Notes under the pieces: generated by a model | Database searches by the model: none | Told to the model about the DNA's origin: nothing | What the model saw: the letters and a program-made list of their open reading frames with translations, nothing else | NCBI GenBank assembly: GCA_017405875.1 | Contig: JAFQZM010000013.1 | Span: 1,709 to 65,708, forward strand | DNA: 64,000 bases | Direction of reading: 5' to 3' | Source of the DNA: a bacterium | GTDB taxonomy: Bacteria > UBP6 > UBA1177 | Shown: one piece after another, positions 1 to 9,858 of the stretch | Numbering within the stretch: position 1 is the first letter of the stretch | Layout: the number at the start of each line of letters is the position of its first letter | Position numbers and translations under genes: made by a program

Positions 1-367
1 CAAAATCTTGCGAACCGGAATCATCATCTTGGGTTTCGGAATCCTGCGTGTCTTCATCAGAATCAGAAATCATGTCGGAATCGTTCTGCGACTTTGACGA
101 AGAGCAGGAAAAAAGAAGAAAAACTAATAAAACAACCGATAAATTCAAAAACCTTTTCATCTTTCGGAACCCCGGAAACACATTATATGTAACAATCAGG
201 CTCACATTATACCGGATATTGGAAAATTAACAAGGGAAAAATGTTGAGTTTTAATAAAACGGATTTTAACCTTAAAAAATTGCCGGATCTCATAATTTTT
301 GCCGTAAAAAAGAAAATCGCTATAATCTTTCGTTTTTGTTTTTTTAACAATCATTTCGGAGGGAAAA

Positions 368-1801
368 ATGAACAACAAAATCCAGGCAGTTCTTGATTTG
401 TTCGCAGAACTCGACAAGGTTCCGAGACAGAGCAAACACGAAGAAAAAATCAGCGCATGGCTCGTTGAATGGGCAGAAAAACACGGTCTCAAGGCTGAAA
501 GAGACGAGTTTATGAACGTTCTCGTCCACGCTCCGGCAACTCCCGGCTACGAAAACAAACCGACGGTCGTTATCCAGGGCCACATGGACATGGTCTGCGA
601 AAAAATCGCGGGAAGCGCTCACGATTTCAGCAAAGATCCGATCAAATGCATCGTTGACGGCGAATGGCTCAGAGCTGACGGCACGACGCTCGGCGCTGAC
701 GACGGTATCGCTCTCGCTATGGGCCTTCTTCTTGCAACGGATAAAGACGTCATTCATCCGCCGCTCGAACTTCTCTTCACTATCGACGAAGAGACAGGTC
801 TTACCGGCGCAAACACCGTTAAACCGGGCTGGCTCAAAGGAAAGATCATGCTCAACATCGATACCGAGGACGAAGGCGTTTTCACGATAGGATGTGCAGG
901 TGGAAGAGACACCAAAATCGAAATGACCTACACTCCGGCTGAAATTCCCGCTGCATACAAAGCTTACGACCTCAGAGTATGGGGACTTTACGGCGGTCAC
1001 AGCGGCGTTGACATCAACCTTCCGAGAGGAAACTCCAACATCATCGCTGCAAGATTCCTCGATGAATTTTTGAGAAACGCGAAAATGCAGATCGTCTGCA
1101 TCAACGGCGGAAGCGCACACAACGCGATCCCGAGAGAAACCAACGTCCGTTTTGCTTCCGACAAGGACATCACGGCTCAGTTCAACGCTCTCAAAGAGAA
1201 GATTTTCGGAGAAATCGGCTACGCTGAAACCGGAATGAAAATCGACCTCACGCCGGCAGAAAACAAAGGTTTGAAAGGTCTGAGCCTTGAAGATTCCAAA
1301 AAATTCACAGGCATCATGATGGCGATGCCTCACGGCGTTGCTGCAATGAGCAAGGATATCGAAGGACTTCCGGAAACTTCCAACAACTTCGCGACAGTCA
1401 AAACGACCGAAAACACCGTTTCGATACTTTCGAGCCAGAGAAGCTCCGTTGAAAGCAAACTTGACTGGCTTTCAAGAAAAATCGAAGGAATCGCAGTCGC
1501 TGCAGGCGCAAAAACGGCAACAAGCGACGGTTATCCGAGCTGGGAACCCAATATGGAAAGCGCTCTCAACAAAAAATGCGTCGAAATCTACACGAAACTT
1601 TTCGGCAATGCTCCGAAAGTCGAGATCATCCACGCAGGACTTGAATGCGGAATCATCGGCTCGAAGCACGAAGGAATGGATATGGTCTCCTTCGGCCCGA
1701 CCATCAAGAACCCGCACACTCCCGATGAAAGACTCGAGATCGCGACAGTCGGCAAAGTTTGGGATTTCTGCGTAGAACTGCTAAAAGAACTTTCGTTATA
1801 A
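368..1801 (+). CDS. pepD: Aminoacyl-histidine (Xaa-His) dipeptidase, M20 metallopeptidase family
   Basis: 477 aa ORF with M20/PepD motifs (HMDMVCEK, ADDGIALA, TIDEETGLTGA) and a GGAGGG RBS. The long antisense ORF 344-1333 is a shadow ORF. Confidence 0.85.
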   Translation: MNNKIQAVLDLFAELDKVPRQSKHEEKISAWLVEWAEKHGLKAERDEFMNVLVHAPATPGYENKPTVVIQGHMDMVCEKIAGSAHDFSKDPIKCIVDGEWLRADGTTLGADDGIALAMGLLLATDKDVIHPPLELLFTIDEETGLTGANTVKPGWLKGKIMLNIDTEDEGVFTIGCAGGRDTKIEMTYTPAEIPAAYKAYDLRVWGLYGGHSGVDINLPRGNSNIIAARFLDEFLRNAKMQIVCINGGSAHNAIPRETNVRFASDKDITAQFNALKEKIFGEIGYAETGMKIDLTPAENKGLKGLSLEDSKKFTGIMMAMPHGVAAMSKDIEGLPETSNNFATVKTTENTVSILSSQRSSVESKLDWLSRKIEGIAVAAGAKTATSDGYPSWEPNMESALNKKCVEIYTKLFGNAPKVEIIHAGLECGIIGSKHEGMDMVSFGPTIKNPHTPDERLEIATVGKVWDFCVELLKELSL

Positions 1802-1829
1802 CGAGCGGCTTTGACTGCTCCCGGAATAA

Positions 1830-1874
1830 GGCTCCACTGAGGCAGGGGAGCTGCCGCAAAGCGGCTGAGGGGTC
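1830..1874. repeat. Copy (inverted orientation) of the dispersed ~48 bp hairpin repeat family (CCTCTCAG..CAGCTCCCCT..GGGGAGCC type)
   Basis: ggctccactgaggcaggggagctgccgcaaagcggctgaggggtc matches the family consensus seen at 26956-27003 and 27449-27538. It lies between the pepD stop and the guaA start. Confidence 0.5.
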
Positions 1875-1898
1875 TTGGTAAGTTATTTGGAGGTTTTC

Positions 1899-3431
1899 AT
1901 GGATAAGATTCTCATTCTCGATTTCGGTTCGCAGTATAATCAGCTCATCGCAAGAAGAATAAGGGAGATGAATGTTTACTGCGAGCTTAAGCCGTTTGAT
2001 GTAACACTTGATTTTATTAAGGAATTTAACCCTGCAGGTATAATTTTCTCAGGAGGTCCCTCATCTGTAAACGATGAAGGTTCGCCCGATGTTGACCCTA
2101 AGATTTTCGAGCTCGGAATCCCGATACTCGGCATCTGCTACGGAATGCAGCTCACTTCATCTCGCCTCGGCGGAAAACTGAGCAGCGGGAAAAGCCGCGA
2201 ATACGGAAGAGCTTACATCGAAAACCTCGCACCGGATTCACCTTTTTTCAAGGGGATTTCGCCTAAAACACAGGTCTGGATGAGCCACAGCGACTATGTT
2301 TCCGAGATTCCGCAGGGATTCTACCCGATCGCAAAGACAGACACTATTCCCTTTGCAGCAATAGGAAACAACGAGAAAAAAATCTACGCCGTTCAGTTCC
2401 ATCCTGAAGTAAACCACTCTCTCGAAGGGCGCAAAATGCTTTCGAATTTCCTTTTCGAAGTCTGCGGAGCAAAGGCTGAGTGGAAAATGGAAAACTACAT
2501 AAAGATCGCTACTGAAAACCTCAAAAACACCATTCAGGATAAAAAAGTGGTCCTCGGTCTTTCGGGCGGAGTCGATTCGTCGGTAACTGCGGCGCTTTTA
2601 GCCAAAGCGATAGGCAAAAATCTCACCGCGATATTCGTTGACAACGGCCTTCTGCGCAAAAACGAGCGCAAAGAGGTCGAAGCAAACTTCAAGGACATGC
2701 TCAACCTCATCGTAGTTGACGCCCGTGACGAATTTTTGACCAAACTCGCAGGTGTCACCGAGCCCGAAAAGAAAAGAAAGATCATCGGAAACACTTTCAT
2801 CGAAGTTTTCGAGCGCGAAGCAAACAAGATAAAAGACGCGGATTTCCTGGCGCAGGGAACGATTTATCCCGACGTAATCGAAAGTTCCGTCAACAAAAAA
2901 GGTGCTTCGACCACGATAAAAAGCCACCACAATGTCGGCGGACTTCCCGAAAACATGAAACTGAAACTCGTCGAACCGCTTAGAGACCTCTTTAAAGACG
3001 AAGTGCGCGAACTCGGGCTCAAACTCGGACTTCCAGAAAAGCTCATCAAGCGCCACCCCTTCCCCGGACCGGGTCTTGCTGTCAGAATTTTGGGCGAAGT
3101 CACGGGTGAAAAGTGCGACATACTCAAGGAAGCCGACCACATTTTCATCGAGGAAATCAGAAACGCGGGGCTTTACGACGAGATTTCGCAGGCATTCGTC
3201 GTGCTCCTTCCCGTCAAAACCGTAGGCGTCATGGGCGACTGCCGCACTTATGAATACGTCGTAGCGCTGCGCGCTGTCAAGACGGACGACTTCATGACAG
3301 CCGACTGGTTCGAGTTCGATCCGAAATTCCTCAAAAAAGTCAGTTCGCGTATCATCAACGAAGTCAAAAGAATAAACCGCGTCGTCATGGATATCAGCTC
3401 CAAACCGCCGGCAACTATCGAGTGGGAATGA
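1899..3431 (+). CDS. guaA: GMP synthase (glutamine-hydrolysing), GATase + ATP-pyrophosphatase domains
   Basis: [23 protein letters not shown] start, [10 protein letters not shown]-loop and a C-terminus typical of GuaA. GGAGG RBS 5 nt upstream of the ATG at 1899; the ORF-track start at 1875 is probably upstream of the real start. Confidence 0.95.
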   Translation: MDKILILDFGSQYNQLIARRIREMNVYCELKPFDVTLDFIKEFNPAGIIFSGGPSSVNDEGSPDVDPKIFELGIPILGICYGMQLTSSRLGGKLSSGKSREYGRAYIENLAPDSPFFKGISPKTQVWMSHSDYVSEIPQGFYPIAKTDTIPFAAIGNNEKKIYAVQFHPEVNHSLEGRKMLSNFLFEVCGAKAEWKMENYIKIATENLKNTIQDKKVVLGLSGGVDSSVTAALLAKAIGKNLTAIFVDNGLLRKNERKEVEANFKDMLNLIVVDARDEFLTKLAGVTEPEKKRKIIGNTFIEVFEREANKIKDADFLAQGTIYPDVIESSVNKKGASTTIKSHHNVGGLPENMKLKLVEPLRDLFKDEVRELGLKLGLPEKLIKRHPFPGPGLAVRILGEVTGEKCDILKEADHIFIEEIRNAGLYDEISQAFVVLLPVKTVGVMGDCRTYEYVVALRAVKTDDFMTADWFEFDPKFLKKVSSRIINEVKRINRVVMDISSKPPATIEWE

Positions 3432-3901
3432 AGAAAACAGAAAAAACCAATGTCATGCGTGTTCTGGAGAGCAAAAAAATCTCTTACACCGCGCATGAAT
3501 ACGAGCCCGACGCCACTTTGACAGGCGTTCAGATCGCCGCGATCTTAGGCGAAGACACGTCCAATGTTTTCAAAACGCTCGTCACCCAGGGAAAAAGCGG
3601 CCAGCACTATGTTTTTGTAATTCCCGTCCACGCCGAGCTTGACCTCAAAAAAGCGGCGAAAGCATCAGGTGAAAAATCGATCGAAATGATAAAACAGAAA
3701 GAGCTTCTTCCGCTCACCGGATATGTCCACGGCGGCTGTTCGCCGATCGGAATGAAAAAACAGTTCCCGACATTCCTGCACATAACCGCGGAAAATCTCG
3801 AAAAAATCTATGTCAGCGCAGGGAAAGTCGGCTTTCAGGTCGAGCTTTCACCGGTTGATCTCATCAATGCGGCGGGATGCGTTTTGGCTGATATCGTGTA
3901 G
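3428..3901 (+). CDS. ybaK: YbaK/ProX-family aminoacyl-tRNA (Cys-tRNAPro) deacylase
   Basis: ~158 aa with YbaK-like sequence ([11 protein letters not shown]). ATGA overlap with the guaA stop. Confidence 0.8.
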   Translation: MKKTEKTNVMRVLESKKISYTAHEYEPDATLTGVQIAAILGEDTSNVFKTLVTQGKSGQHYVFVIPVHAELDLKKAAKASGEKSIEMIKQKELLPLTGYVHGGCSPIGMKKQFPTFLHITAENLEKIYVSAGKVGFQVELSPVDLINAAGCVLADIV

Positions 3902-3911
3902 ACATTCAACT

Positions 3912-3935
3912 ACGTCATTTTTGCGAAAATGACGT
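3912..3935. promoter_or_regulatory. Perfect 24 bp palindrome ACGTCATTTT-TGCG-AAAATGACGT; candidate terminator hairpin for ybaK or operator ahead of the RM operon
   Basis: 10 bp stem / 4 nt loop read directly, 11 bp after the ybaK stop and ~135 bp upstream of hsdM. Confidence 0.3.
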
Positions 3936-4068
3936 AATTGACTTGATTTTTGAGGCAGTTGAATAGGATTTTTTCATCCAAATCAATTGATTTTTCATAA
4001 GAAATATGACAAATTTGAATGGAAATTTGGTGACTTGAATGAGACAAGGCAAAATAAAGGAGTAAAAC

Positions 4069-5646
4069 ATGATCACGGGTGAACTTAAAAACAAAATCGA
4101 CAGTCTTTGGGAAATTTTCTGGACGGGCGGGCTCACGAATCCGCTTGATGTCATCGAGCAGATGACCTATCTGATGTTTATCCACGATCTTGACGAGACT
4201 GACAATCTCCGTGCGAAAGAGGCTGCGATGCTGGGCTTGCCTTATGAGAGCATTTTTGCCAAGGAGGTGCATGCCGGCGAGCGCACTGTTGACGGAAGTA
4301 TGCTCAAGTGGAGCGCTTTCCACGATTTTCCGGCTGCGAAGATGTATTCCACGGTGCAGGAATGGGTTTTCCCGTTCATCAAAAACCTGCACGGCGACAA
4401 GGAAAGTGCCTATTCAAAATATATGGGCGACGCTATTTTCAAGGTGCCGACTCCTCTCATGCTTGATAAGATCGTGACGGCGATGGACGGTATCTACGAG
4501 CAGATGGCACAGCTCAAGACCACGGACACACGCGGCGATGTCTATGAGTATCTCCTTTCCAAAATCGCGACTGCCGGTGTAAACGGGCAGTTCCGCACTC
4601 CGCGCCACATTATCCGGATGATGGTCGAACTTATGGATCCCAAGGCTGACGAGATCGTCTGCGACCCTGCCTGCGGCACATCGGGCTTTCTTGTTGCTGT
4701 CAGCGATTACCTCAAGGAGAGGCGCAAAGAGGAGGTTTTCTTCAACCGTCAGAACAAAGACCACTACATGAACTGCATGTTCCACGGTTTTGATATGGAC
4801 CGCACGATGCTCCGTATCGGCGCGATGAACATGATGACGCACGGTGTTGACAATCCTTTCATCGAATACCGCGACAGTCTTTCCGACCAGAATCCAGACC
4901 GCGACAAATATTCCCTTATTCTCGCGAATCCCCCTTTCAAAGGGAGTCTGGACGCGGATATCGTCTCGACCGATCTGCTTAAAGTCTGCAAAACCAAAAA
5001 GACGGAACTTCTCTTTTTAACACTTTTCCTGCGTATGCTCAAAGTGGGCGGACGCTGTGCATGCATCGTTCCCGACGGCGTTCTTTTCGGGTCTTCGACT
5101 GCGCACAAAGCCATCCGCAGTGAACTTATTGAAAACAACCGTCTTGAAGCGGTTATTTCGATGCCCTCAGGCGTGTTCAAACCGTATGCTGGTGTTTCGA
5201 CTGCGATCCTCATCTTCACCAAAACAGGGCACGGCGGCACCGACAAAGTCTGGTTCTACGACATGAAAGCTGACGGATACAGCCTTGATGACAAACGCAG
5301 TCCCGTCAAAGAAAACGATATTCCGGATATAATTCAGAAGTTTACCCTCTCAGTCGCTTCGCGCCAGCTCTCCCAAAGGGCGAGCCAAGAACTTGCCTCC
5401 CACTCAGGGGGAGGTGTCGCCGCAGAAAGCGGTGACGGAGAGGGCGACCGCACCTCGCAATCCTTCTTCGTTCCGAAAGATGAAATCGTCGCCAACGACT
5501 ACGACCTTTCCATCAACAAATACAAACAAACGGAATATGTGGCGGTAGAATACCCGCCCACAAGCGAAATCATGGCAAAAATCGATGAACTCGAAAGCGA
5601 GATCCAGACAGAACTTGCAGAGTTGAAGAAGATGATTGGAGAATAG
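4069..5646 (+). CDS. hsdM: Type I restriction-modification system, N6-adenine DNA methyltransferase subunit M
   Basis: 525 aa with an HsdM N-domain, AdoMet-binding region and the NPPF catalytic motif (LILANPPFKGS). RBS GGAG upstream. Carries an in-frame 40-codon repeat insertion (see 5344-5452). Confidence 0.95.
   Translation: MITGELKNKIDSLWEIFWTGGLTNPLDVIEQMTYLMFIHDLDETDNLRAKEAAMLGLPYESIFAKEVHAGERTVDGSMLKWSAFHDFPAAKMYSTVQEWVFPFIKNLHGDKESAYSKYMGDAIFKVPTPLMLDKIVTAMDGIYEQMAQLKTTDTRGDVYEYLLSKIATAGVNGQFRTPRHIIRMMVELMDPKADEIVCDPACGTSGFLVAVSDYLKERRKEEVFFNRQNKDHYMNCMFHGFDMDRTMLRIGAMNMMTHGVDNPFIEYRDSLSDQNPDRDKYSLILANPPFKGSLDADIVSTDLLKVCKTKKTELLFLTLFLRMLKVGGRCACIVPDGVLFGSSTAHKAIRSELIENNRLEAVISMPSGVFKPYAGVSTAILIFTKTGHGGTDKVWFYDMKADGYSLDDKRSPVKENDIPDIIQKFTLSVASRQLSQRASQELASHSGGGVAAESGDGEGDRTSQSFFVPKDEIVANDYDLSINKYKQTEYVAVEYPPTSEIMAKIDELESEIQTELAELKKMIGE
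5344..5452. repeat. Inverted pair of the ~48 bp hairpin repeat family, inserted in-frame within hsdM
   Basis: ccctctcagtcgcttcgcgccagctctcccaaagggcgagccaag followed by its imperfect reverse complement. Encodes TLSVASRQLSQRASQELASHSGGGVAAESGDGEGDRTSQS inside HsdM without breaking the frame. Confidence 0.6.
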
Positions 5647-5648
5647 GG

Positions 5649-7046
5649 ATGGAAAATCAGAATATTGAATACAAGCAGTCTTGGCGTGACGAATATCTCA
5701 AATGGGTCTGCGCCTTTGCAAATACAGACGGAGGCAGGCTTTATATCGGTGTAAAGGATGACGGCACTGTCTGCGGCGTGGATGATGCACACAAACTGAG
5801 CGAAGATATTCCGAATAAAATCCGTAATTCCATGGGTCTGATCTGCGCTGTCAATCTGCTTTCCGAGAACGGTCTTGATTATTTTGAAATCGTTATCGAA
5901 AAATATCCGTTTCCTGTAAGTTATCACGGCAGATATTACAAGCGCACAGGCTCTACGATTCAGGAAGTAAGCGGTATCGAGCTGGATAAAATGATTCTGG
6001 GAGTCCAGGGCCGCACATGGGATTCGGTTCCGGTTCCGCATATTTCGGTTGCAGATCTGGAAAATGACGCGATCAGACTTTTCAAGAAAAAGGCTAAAGA
6101 ATCGGGTCGTCTTGATGACGAGGCTTTAGATGTGACAAACGAAACTCTCATTCAGAATCTGCACATTACGGAAGGTCACTACTTGACCCGTGCCTGTATG
6201 CTTGCGTTCCATCCCGACCCTGAAAGATGGGTAACAGGCGCATATATCAAAGTCGCCTATTTTGAAAATGATGCAGACATTCTCTATCAGGATGAAATTC
6301 ACGGCCCGCTGATTCTTCAGGTCGAAAAAACAATGGAGCTGATTTATACAAAGTATATGAAAGCTCTCATTTCCTATGATGACCTCTACAGAAAGGAAAC
6401 CTTTTTCTTCCCGAAATCGGCGTTTCGTGAGCTGCTTCTGAATGCCGTGATCCACAAAGATTATCTTTCCACCACGCCGATTCAGATCCGTATTTACAAA
6501 GACAAAATCCGTCTCTGGAACGACGGAGCGCTTCCCAAAGAAGTTCCGGTCGAGGATTTGTTTAAGGAACACGTTTCAAAACCGTGCAATCCGAACCTTG
6601 CGAATGTCTTCTTCAAATGCGGCATGATTGAAAGCTGGGCTCGCGGCTTCAACAAAATTACAAGATACTGCGAAGAGGAAAACGCAAAACTACCGGTAAT
6701 CGACCTTTCTCTCGGCGGTGTAACTGCCCGCTGCTATGCGTCGGATGTCTATCTGGCACTGATGAATGAGTATGAAAATGCAGAAAAGTTCACAGAAAAT
6801 GACCAGAAAACTGTGGAAAAGACAGAAAAAGTGCCCAAAAGGTGCCCAAAAAGTGCCCAAAAGACATATCTTGCTATTGTAAAAAATCCCAACGCAACTA
6901 TCGAAGAATTAAGCAAAGAACTTGGGATATCTGAACGAGCTGTAAAAAAACATCAAAAATTACTCAAGGATGCAAATTTGATAACACGTCTGGAAGGAAG
7001 AAAATCTGGTTATTGGGAGATTGTGCAGGGGGAAGAGAATGAGTAA
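5649..7046 (+). CDS. AlbA_2/Schlafen-like putative DNA-binding domain protein with a C-terminal HATPase_c_4-like region and a winged-HTH (RecG-like transcriptional regulator family commonly embedded in Type I RM loci)
   Basis: N-terminus EYKQSWRDEYLKWVCAFANTDGGRLYIGVKDDGTVCGV is the AlbA_2 'divergent AAA' signature. C-terminal HTH (IEELSKELGISERAVKKHQKLL). Sits between hsdM and hsdS. Contains an in-frame 11 bp triplet repeat near its 3' end. Confidence 0.75.
   Translation: MENQNIEYKQSWRDEYLKWVCAFANTDGGRLYIGVKDDGTVCGVDDAHKLSEDIPNKIRNSMGLICAVNLLSENGLDYFEIVIEKYPFPVSYHGRYYKRTGSTIQEVSGIELDKMILGVQGRTWDSVPVPHISVADLENDAIRLFKKKAKESGRLDDEALDVTNETLIQNLHITEGHYLTRACMLAFHPDPERWVTGAYIKVAYFENDADILYQDEIHGPLILQVEKTMELIYTKYMKALISYDDLYRKETFFFPKSAFRELLLNAVIHKDYLSTTPIQIRIYKDKIRLWNDGALPKEVPVEDLFKEHVSKPCNPNLANVFFKCGMIESWARGFNKITRYCEEENAKLPVIDLSLGGVTARCYASDVYLALMNEYENAEKFTENDQKTVEKTEKVPKRCPKSAQKTYLAIVKNPNATIEELSKELGISERAVKKHQKLLKDANLITRLEGRKSGYWEIVQGEENE
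6781..6862. repeat. Short-period motif array (AGTTCACAGAAAA, ACTGTGGAAAAG, 3x GTGCCCAAAAR) inside the 3' part of the AlbA_2-like CDS
   Basis: Read directly; same motif repertoire as the arrays at 7058-7280 and 10978-11200. Translated in-frame as KTVEKTEKVPKRCPKSAQK. Confidence 0.6.
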
Positions 7047-7057
7047 AAAAATGTCCG

Positions 7058-7280
7058 AAAAAACTGTGGAGAAGAACTGTGGAGAAAAACAGAAAACTGT
7101 GGAGAAAACTAGGGAGAAAATCGGACTGAAGGTCACCAAAAAGGTCACCGAAAAGGTCACTATAAAAACTACCCAGAAAATAAAAAGTGGCCAAAAAAGT
7201 GGCCTGAAAACGCTAAAAAGTGGCCAGAAAAACGGCCTAAAAAGTTCGCAGAAAGGTTCACAGAAAAGTGGACAGAAAAT
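7058..7280. repeat. Array of ~12 bp units of form [variable 6-mer]+(A)GAAAA, each 6-mer repeated 2-3x in tandem (ACTGTGGAG, ACTAGGGAG, GGTCACC x3, ACTACCCAG, AGTGGCC x3, GTTCACAG, AGTGGAC)
   Basis: Read directly, between the AlbA_2 gene end and the hsdS start. ORF 7021-7290 (K-rich tetrapeptide repeats KTVE/KVTK/KSGQ) is its translation. Confidence 0.7.
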
Positions 7281-7296
7281 TGCGGGGTGACGAGAG

Positions 7297-8439
7297 ATGA
7301 AAACGGTAAGACTTGGAGATATATGCGATATTGTTTCTGGCGGAACCCCATCGCGGTCAAAGCCAGAATTTTGGCAGGATGGTACTATTCCTTGGATTAA
7401 GATCGGAAACATAAGGGGAAAATATGTATCGAAAGCAGATGAATACATTACAAAGGCTGGTTTGGATGCTTCTTCTGCAAAGATGCTGCCCAAAGGAACA
7501 ATTCTCTATACTATCTTTGCGACGCTGGGAGAGGTCTGTATTCTGGACATTGAAGCTTGCACAAATCAAGCTATTGCTGGCATTTCAATGCGAGAGTCAT
7601 CAGGAACTAAATCTGACTATTTATACTATTATCTAAAATCAAAAAAAAGCTATGTTAATGGAATTGGTCGTGGTGTTGCCCAAAACAACATTAACATGTC
7701 AATGCTACGTGATTTTAGAATACCATTACCAACAATTGAGCAACAAGATAAAATTGTTTCTGTCCTTGACAGAATATCCTCAATAATAGCACTACGTCGC
7801 CAGCAGCTCACCGCCCTCGATGAGCTCGTCAAAGCAAGGTTTGTGGAGATGTTTGGGGATGGGAAATATGATTTGAAGTCGGTTGAAGAATTGTGTTCTG
7901 AAATAGTAGACTGCCCACACACAACGCCTAAATATGATGGGGAATTGAAAAATCCTGCTATCAGAACTTCAGAAATAAAAAAGGGTTATATTGCATGGGA
8001 ATCTATGAAGTTTGTTTCTGATGATGAATATGAAGAAAGAATTGCCAGACTTCGCCCAGAAGCTGGAGATATCGTATATGGACGAGAAGGAACATTTGGA
8101 AATGCAGCAATACTTCCTGCAGGATATAAATTTTGTTTAGGACAGAGAGTTATGCTACTTAGACCAAATTATAAAAAAACTTCTTCCGAATATTTACTTC
8201 ATGCCGTTATCTCAGATGATGTTTACAAACAGGCCTTGGATAAAAATAATGCTTCTACTGTGGCACATGTAAATGTGAAAGATGTAAAGCAGTTTAAAGT
8301 ACCTTTGCCACCATTAGATTTACAGAAACGATTTGCTGATTTCGTTTCTCAGGTTGACAAAACTAAAGCAAACATTCAAAAATCCCTTGAAAAATCGCAG
8401 CTTTTGTTTGATAGTTTGATGCAGGAATATTTTGGGTAG
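7297..8439 (+). CDS. hsdS: Type I restriction-modification system specificity subunit S (two target-recognition domains)
   Basis: 380 aa with duplicated TRD architecture and conserved central/C-terminal HsdS repeats (LPPLDLQKRFADFV..). Position between hsdM and hsdR. Confidence 0.9.
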   Translation: MKTVRLGDICDIVSGGTPSRSKPEFWQDGTIPWIKIGNIRGKYVSKADEYITKAGLDASSAKMLPKGTILYTIFATLGEVCILDIEACTNQAIAGISMRESSGTKSDYLYYYLKSKKSYVNGIGRGVAQNNINMSMLRDFRIPLPTIEQQDKIVSVLDRISSIIALRRQQLTALDELVKARFVEMFGDGKYDLKSVEELCSEIVDCPHTTPKYDGELKNPAIRTSEIKKGYIAWESMKFVSDDEYEERIARLRPEAGDIVYGREGTFGNAAILPAGYKFCLGQRVMLLRPNYKKTSSEYLLHAVISDDVYKQALDKNNASTVAHVNVKDVKQFKVPLPPLDLQKRFADFVSQVDKTKANIQKSLEKSQLLFDSLMQEYFG

Positions 8440-8448
8440 GAGGGAAAA

Positions 8449-9828
8449 ATGAACAGCATTGATAAAATACAAGAACTTTTTAAGCAATTATCTGAGAATC
8501 GTGACAAATTATCTGTCATTCTGCCTCAGTTATACCCGATAGCATTAGAGCAAAAAGACTTCGTCGGCTTCTGTTTGCTATATCTATGGGGAACACCGTT
8601 GGGTACATGCAACGAAGCGAATCAGTTATATTTTCAAGATGCTACTAACATGATGCGTTTAGCAGGAATAAGTGAAGAAGACGCTACGAAGATCGAAGCA
8701 ACAGCTGCGAAACAATATTTGTCAATGAGAGACATAAACAAAGATAATGTCCCGAAAGATAAGATAAAAATATGGTCTGCACGAGAACTTGAAGATTTCC
8801 TTCAGCGTTGCGATGTGCAAATTGCCGACTTGAAAGTTCCGGACGGATTAAATCCACTTGCTTCTTATCATATGGAGCAGAGGATTAACTATCAAAAATT
8901 ATCAATCCGTTCAAGCAAAACACAGGCTGAAAAGCAGTATGCTATTTTACATCAGTTAATAACCTCAAAACTTGCTGAGTATCAGACAAAATTATCACAA
9001 ATGGAAGAAATAGGAACAACGCAGGAGAACAACATGACACCATATGAGAAATTAAGGAAATTACGCGACGAAATAGATGAGTTGATTGATAAACAGATGA
9101 CATATTCATTGCCTGAATTCAAAAACTGGCATAAAGAACTCGGATTATTTTTGTCAGAAAAATACGGCACACAAAGCAAGCAATATAAGAATTTTATCGG
9201 GCGGAGTTTTGCACCAAGTCTTCCGCATACTTCAGCACAAGATTATATTGATTCTTGCAAGCGTGGTTTGGAAATAACTCGAACCGAATTATCAGCATAC
9301 TTGGATGACATGAAAGGAGAAACTACGGAATTAGCAATAAATATCCCTAAAGAAAAAGGAGAAATAAGCATGGGAAAAGAAACAAAGGACAGAAAAAAAG
9401 TTTTTATTGTTCACGGGCATGATGAAGCAAAAAGACGGGAATTAAAAGAATTCCTAAAAGACAAACTTAAATTAGATCCTATTGTGTTATCTGACCAATT
9501 GCCCGAAAAAACACTGATTGATAAATTCGAAAAATATGCAAAGCAGTGTTCATACGCTTTTGTTATATATACTCCTGATGATCAAGTCTCCAATCAAGAA
9601 CAAAAATATTTTCAAGCTCGTCCGAATGTTATTTTTGAGTTGGGTTGGTTCTATGCACATTTTGCGGGTTCTCCTAATATTTGTATACTGAAGCAAGAGA
9701 CGGATGCTAAAGATAACTTGATTTTTTCAGATCTACAAGGAGTCGAATATCTTACTTTCAGAAAAGATATTGAGGAAAAATTTTATAAAATTCAAGAAAT
9801 ACTTAAGGCAAGAGGAATTATTAACTAA
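8449..9828 (+). CDS. Two-domain protein: ~300 aa alpha-helical N-terminal domain of unknown function plus a C-terminal TIR-like nucleotide-binding domain (COG4271 / PF10137, CAP12-PycTIR type)
   Basis: C-terminus KKVFIVHGHDEAKRRELKEFLKDKLKLDPIVL...YAFVIYTPDDQ...QARPNVIFELGWFYAHFAGSPNICILKQ...SDLQGVEYLTF follows the PF10137 consensus as I recall it (VFIVHGhD...vvLlTpDD...RaRqNVifElGyF...vEiPSDlsGv.Y), including the conserved Glu. Excellent RBS AGGAGGGAAAA. Very AT-rich. 10 bp after hsdS. Confidence 0.7.
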   Translation: MNSIDKIQELFKQLSENRDKLSVILPQLYPIALEQKDFVGFCLLYLWGTPLGTCNEANQLYFQDATNMMRLAGISEEDATKIEATAAKQYLSMRDINKDNVPKDKIKIWSARELEDFLQRCDVQIADLKVPDGLNPLASYHMEQRINYQKLSIRSSKTQAEKQYAILHQLITSKLAEYQTKLSQMEEIGTTQENNMTPYEKLRKLRDEIDELIDKQMTYSLPEFKNWHKELGLFLSEKYGTQSKQYKNFIGRSFAPSLPHTSAQDYIDSCKRGLEITRTELSAYLDDMKGETTELAINIPKEKGEISMGKETKDRKKVFIVHGHDEAKRRELKEFLKDKLKLDPIVLSDQLPEKTLIDKFEKYAKQCSYAFVIYTPDDQVSNQEQKYFQARPNVIFELGWFYAHFAGSPNICILKQETDAKDNLIFSDLQGVEYLTFRKDIEEKFYKIQEILKARGIIN

Positions 9829-9858
9829 GACGAGGGACGCAATTGACAGGAGAACAGA

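Noticed and set aside
344-1333. 329 aa minus-strand ORF overlapping pepD
   Set aside because: Antisense shadow of a confidently assigned gene; its sequence is low-complexity and serine/valine-rich with no motif. Similar long antisense ORFs inside guaA, hsdM, hsdR, copA, polA and RNase J were rejected for the same reason.
1875-1898. Upstream extension of guaA in the ORF track (MVSYLEVF...)
   Set aside because: GGAGG sits 5 nt before the internal ATG at 1899, which gives the canonical [13 protein letters not shown] GuaA start.
7021-7290. 89 aa K-rich ORF (KTVEK/KVTK/KSGQ repeats) and its counterpart 11065-11388
   Set aside because: Both are frame-independent translations of the 12 bp motif arrays with weak starts and no RBS. 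They are better explained as DNA repeats than as proteins, though expression as a repeat peptide is not formally excluded.
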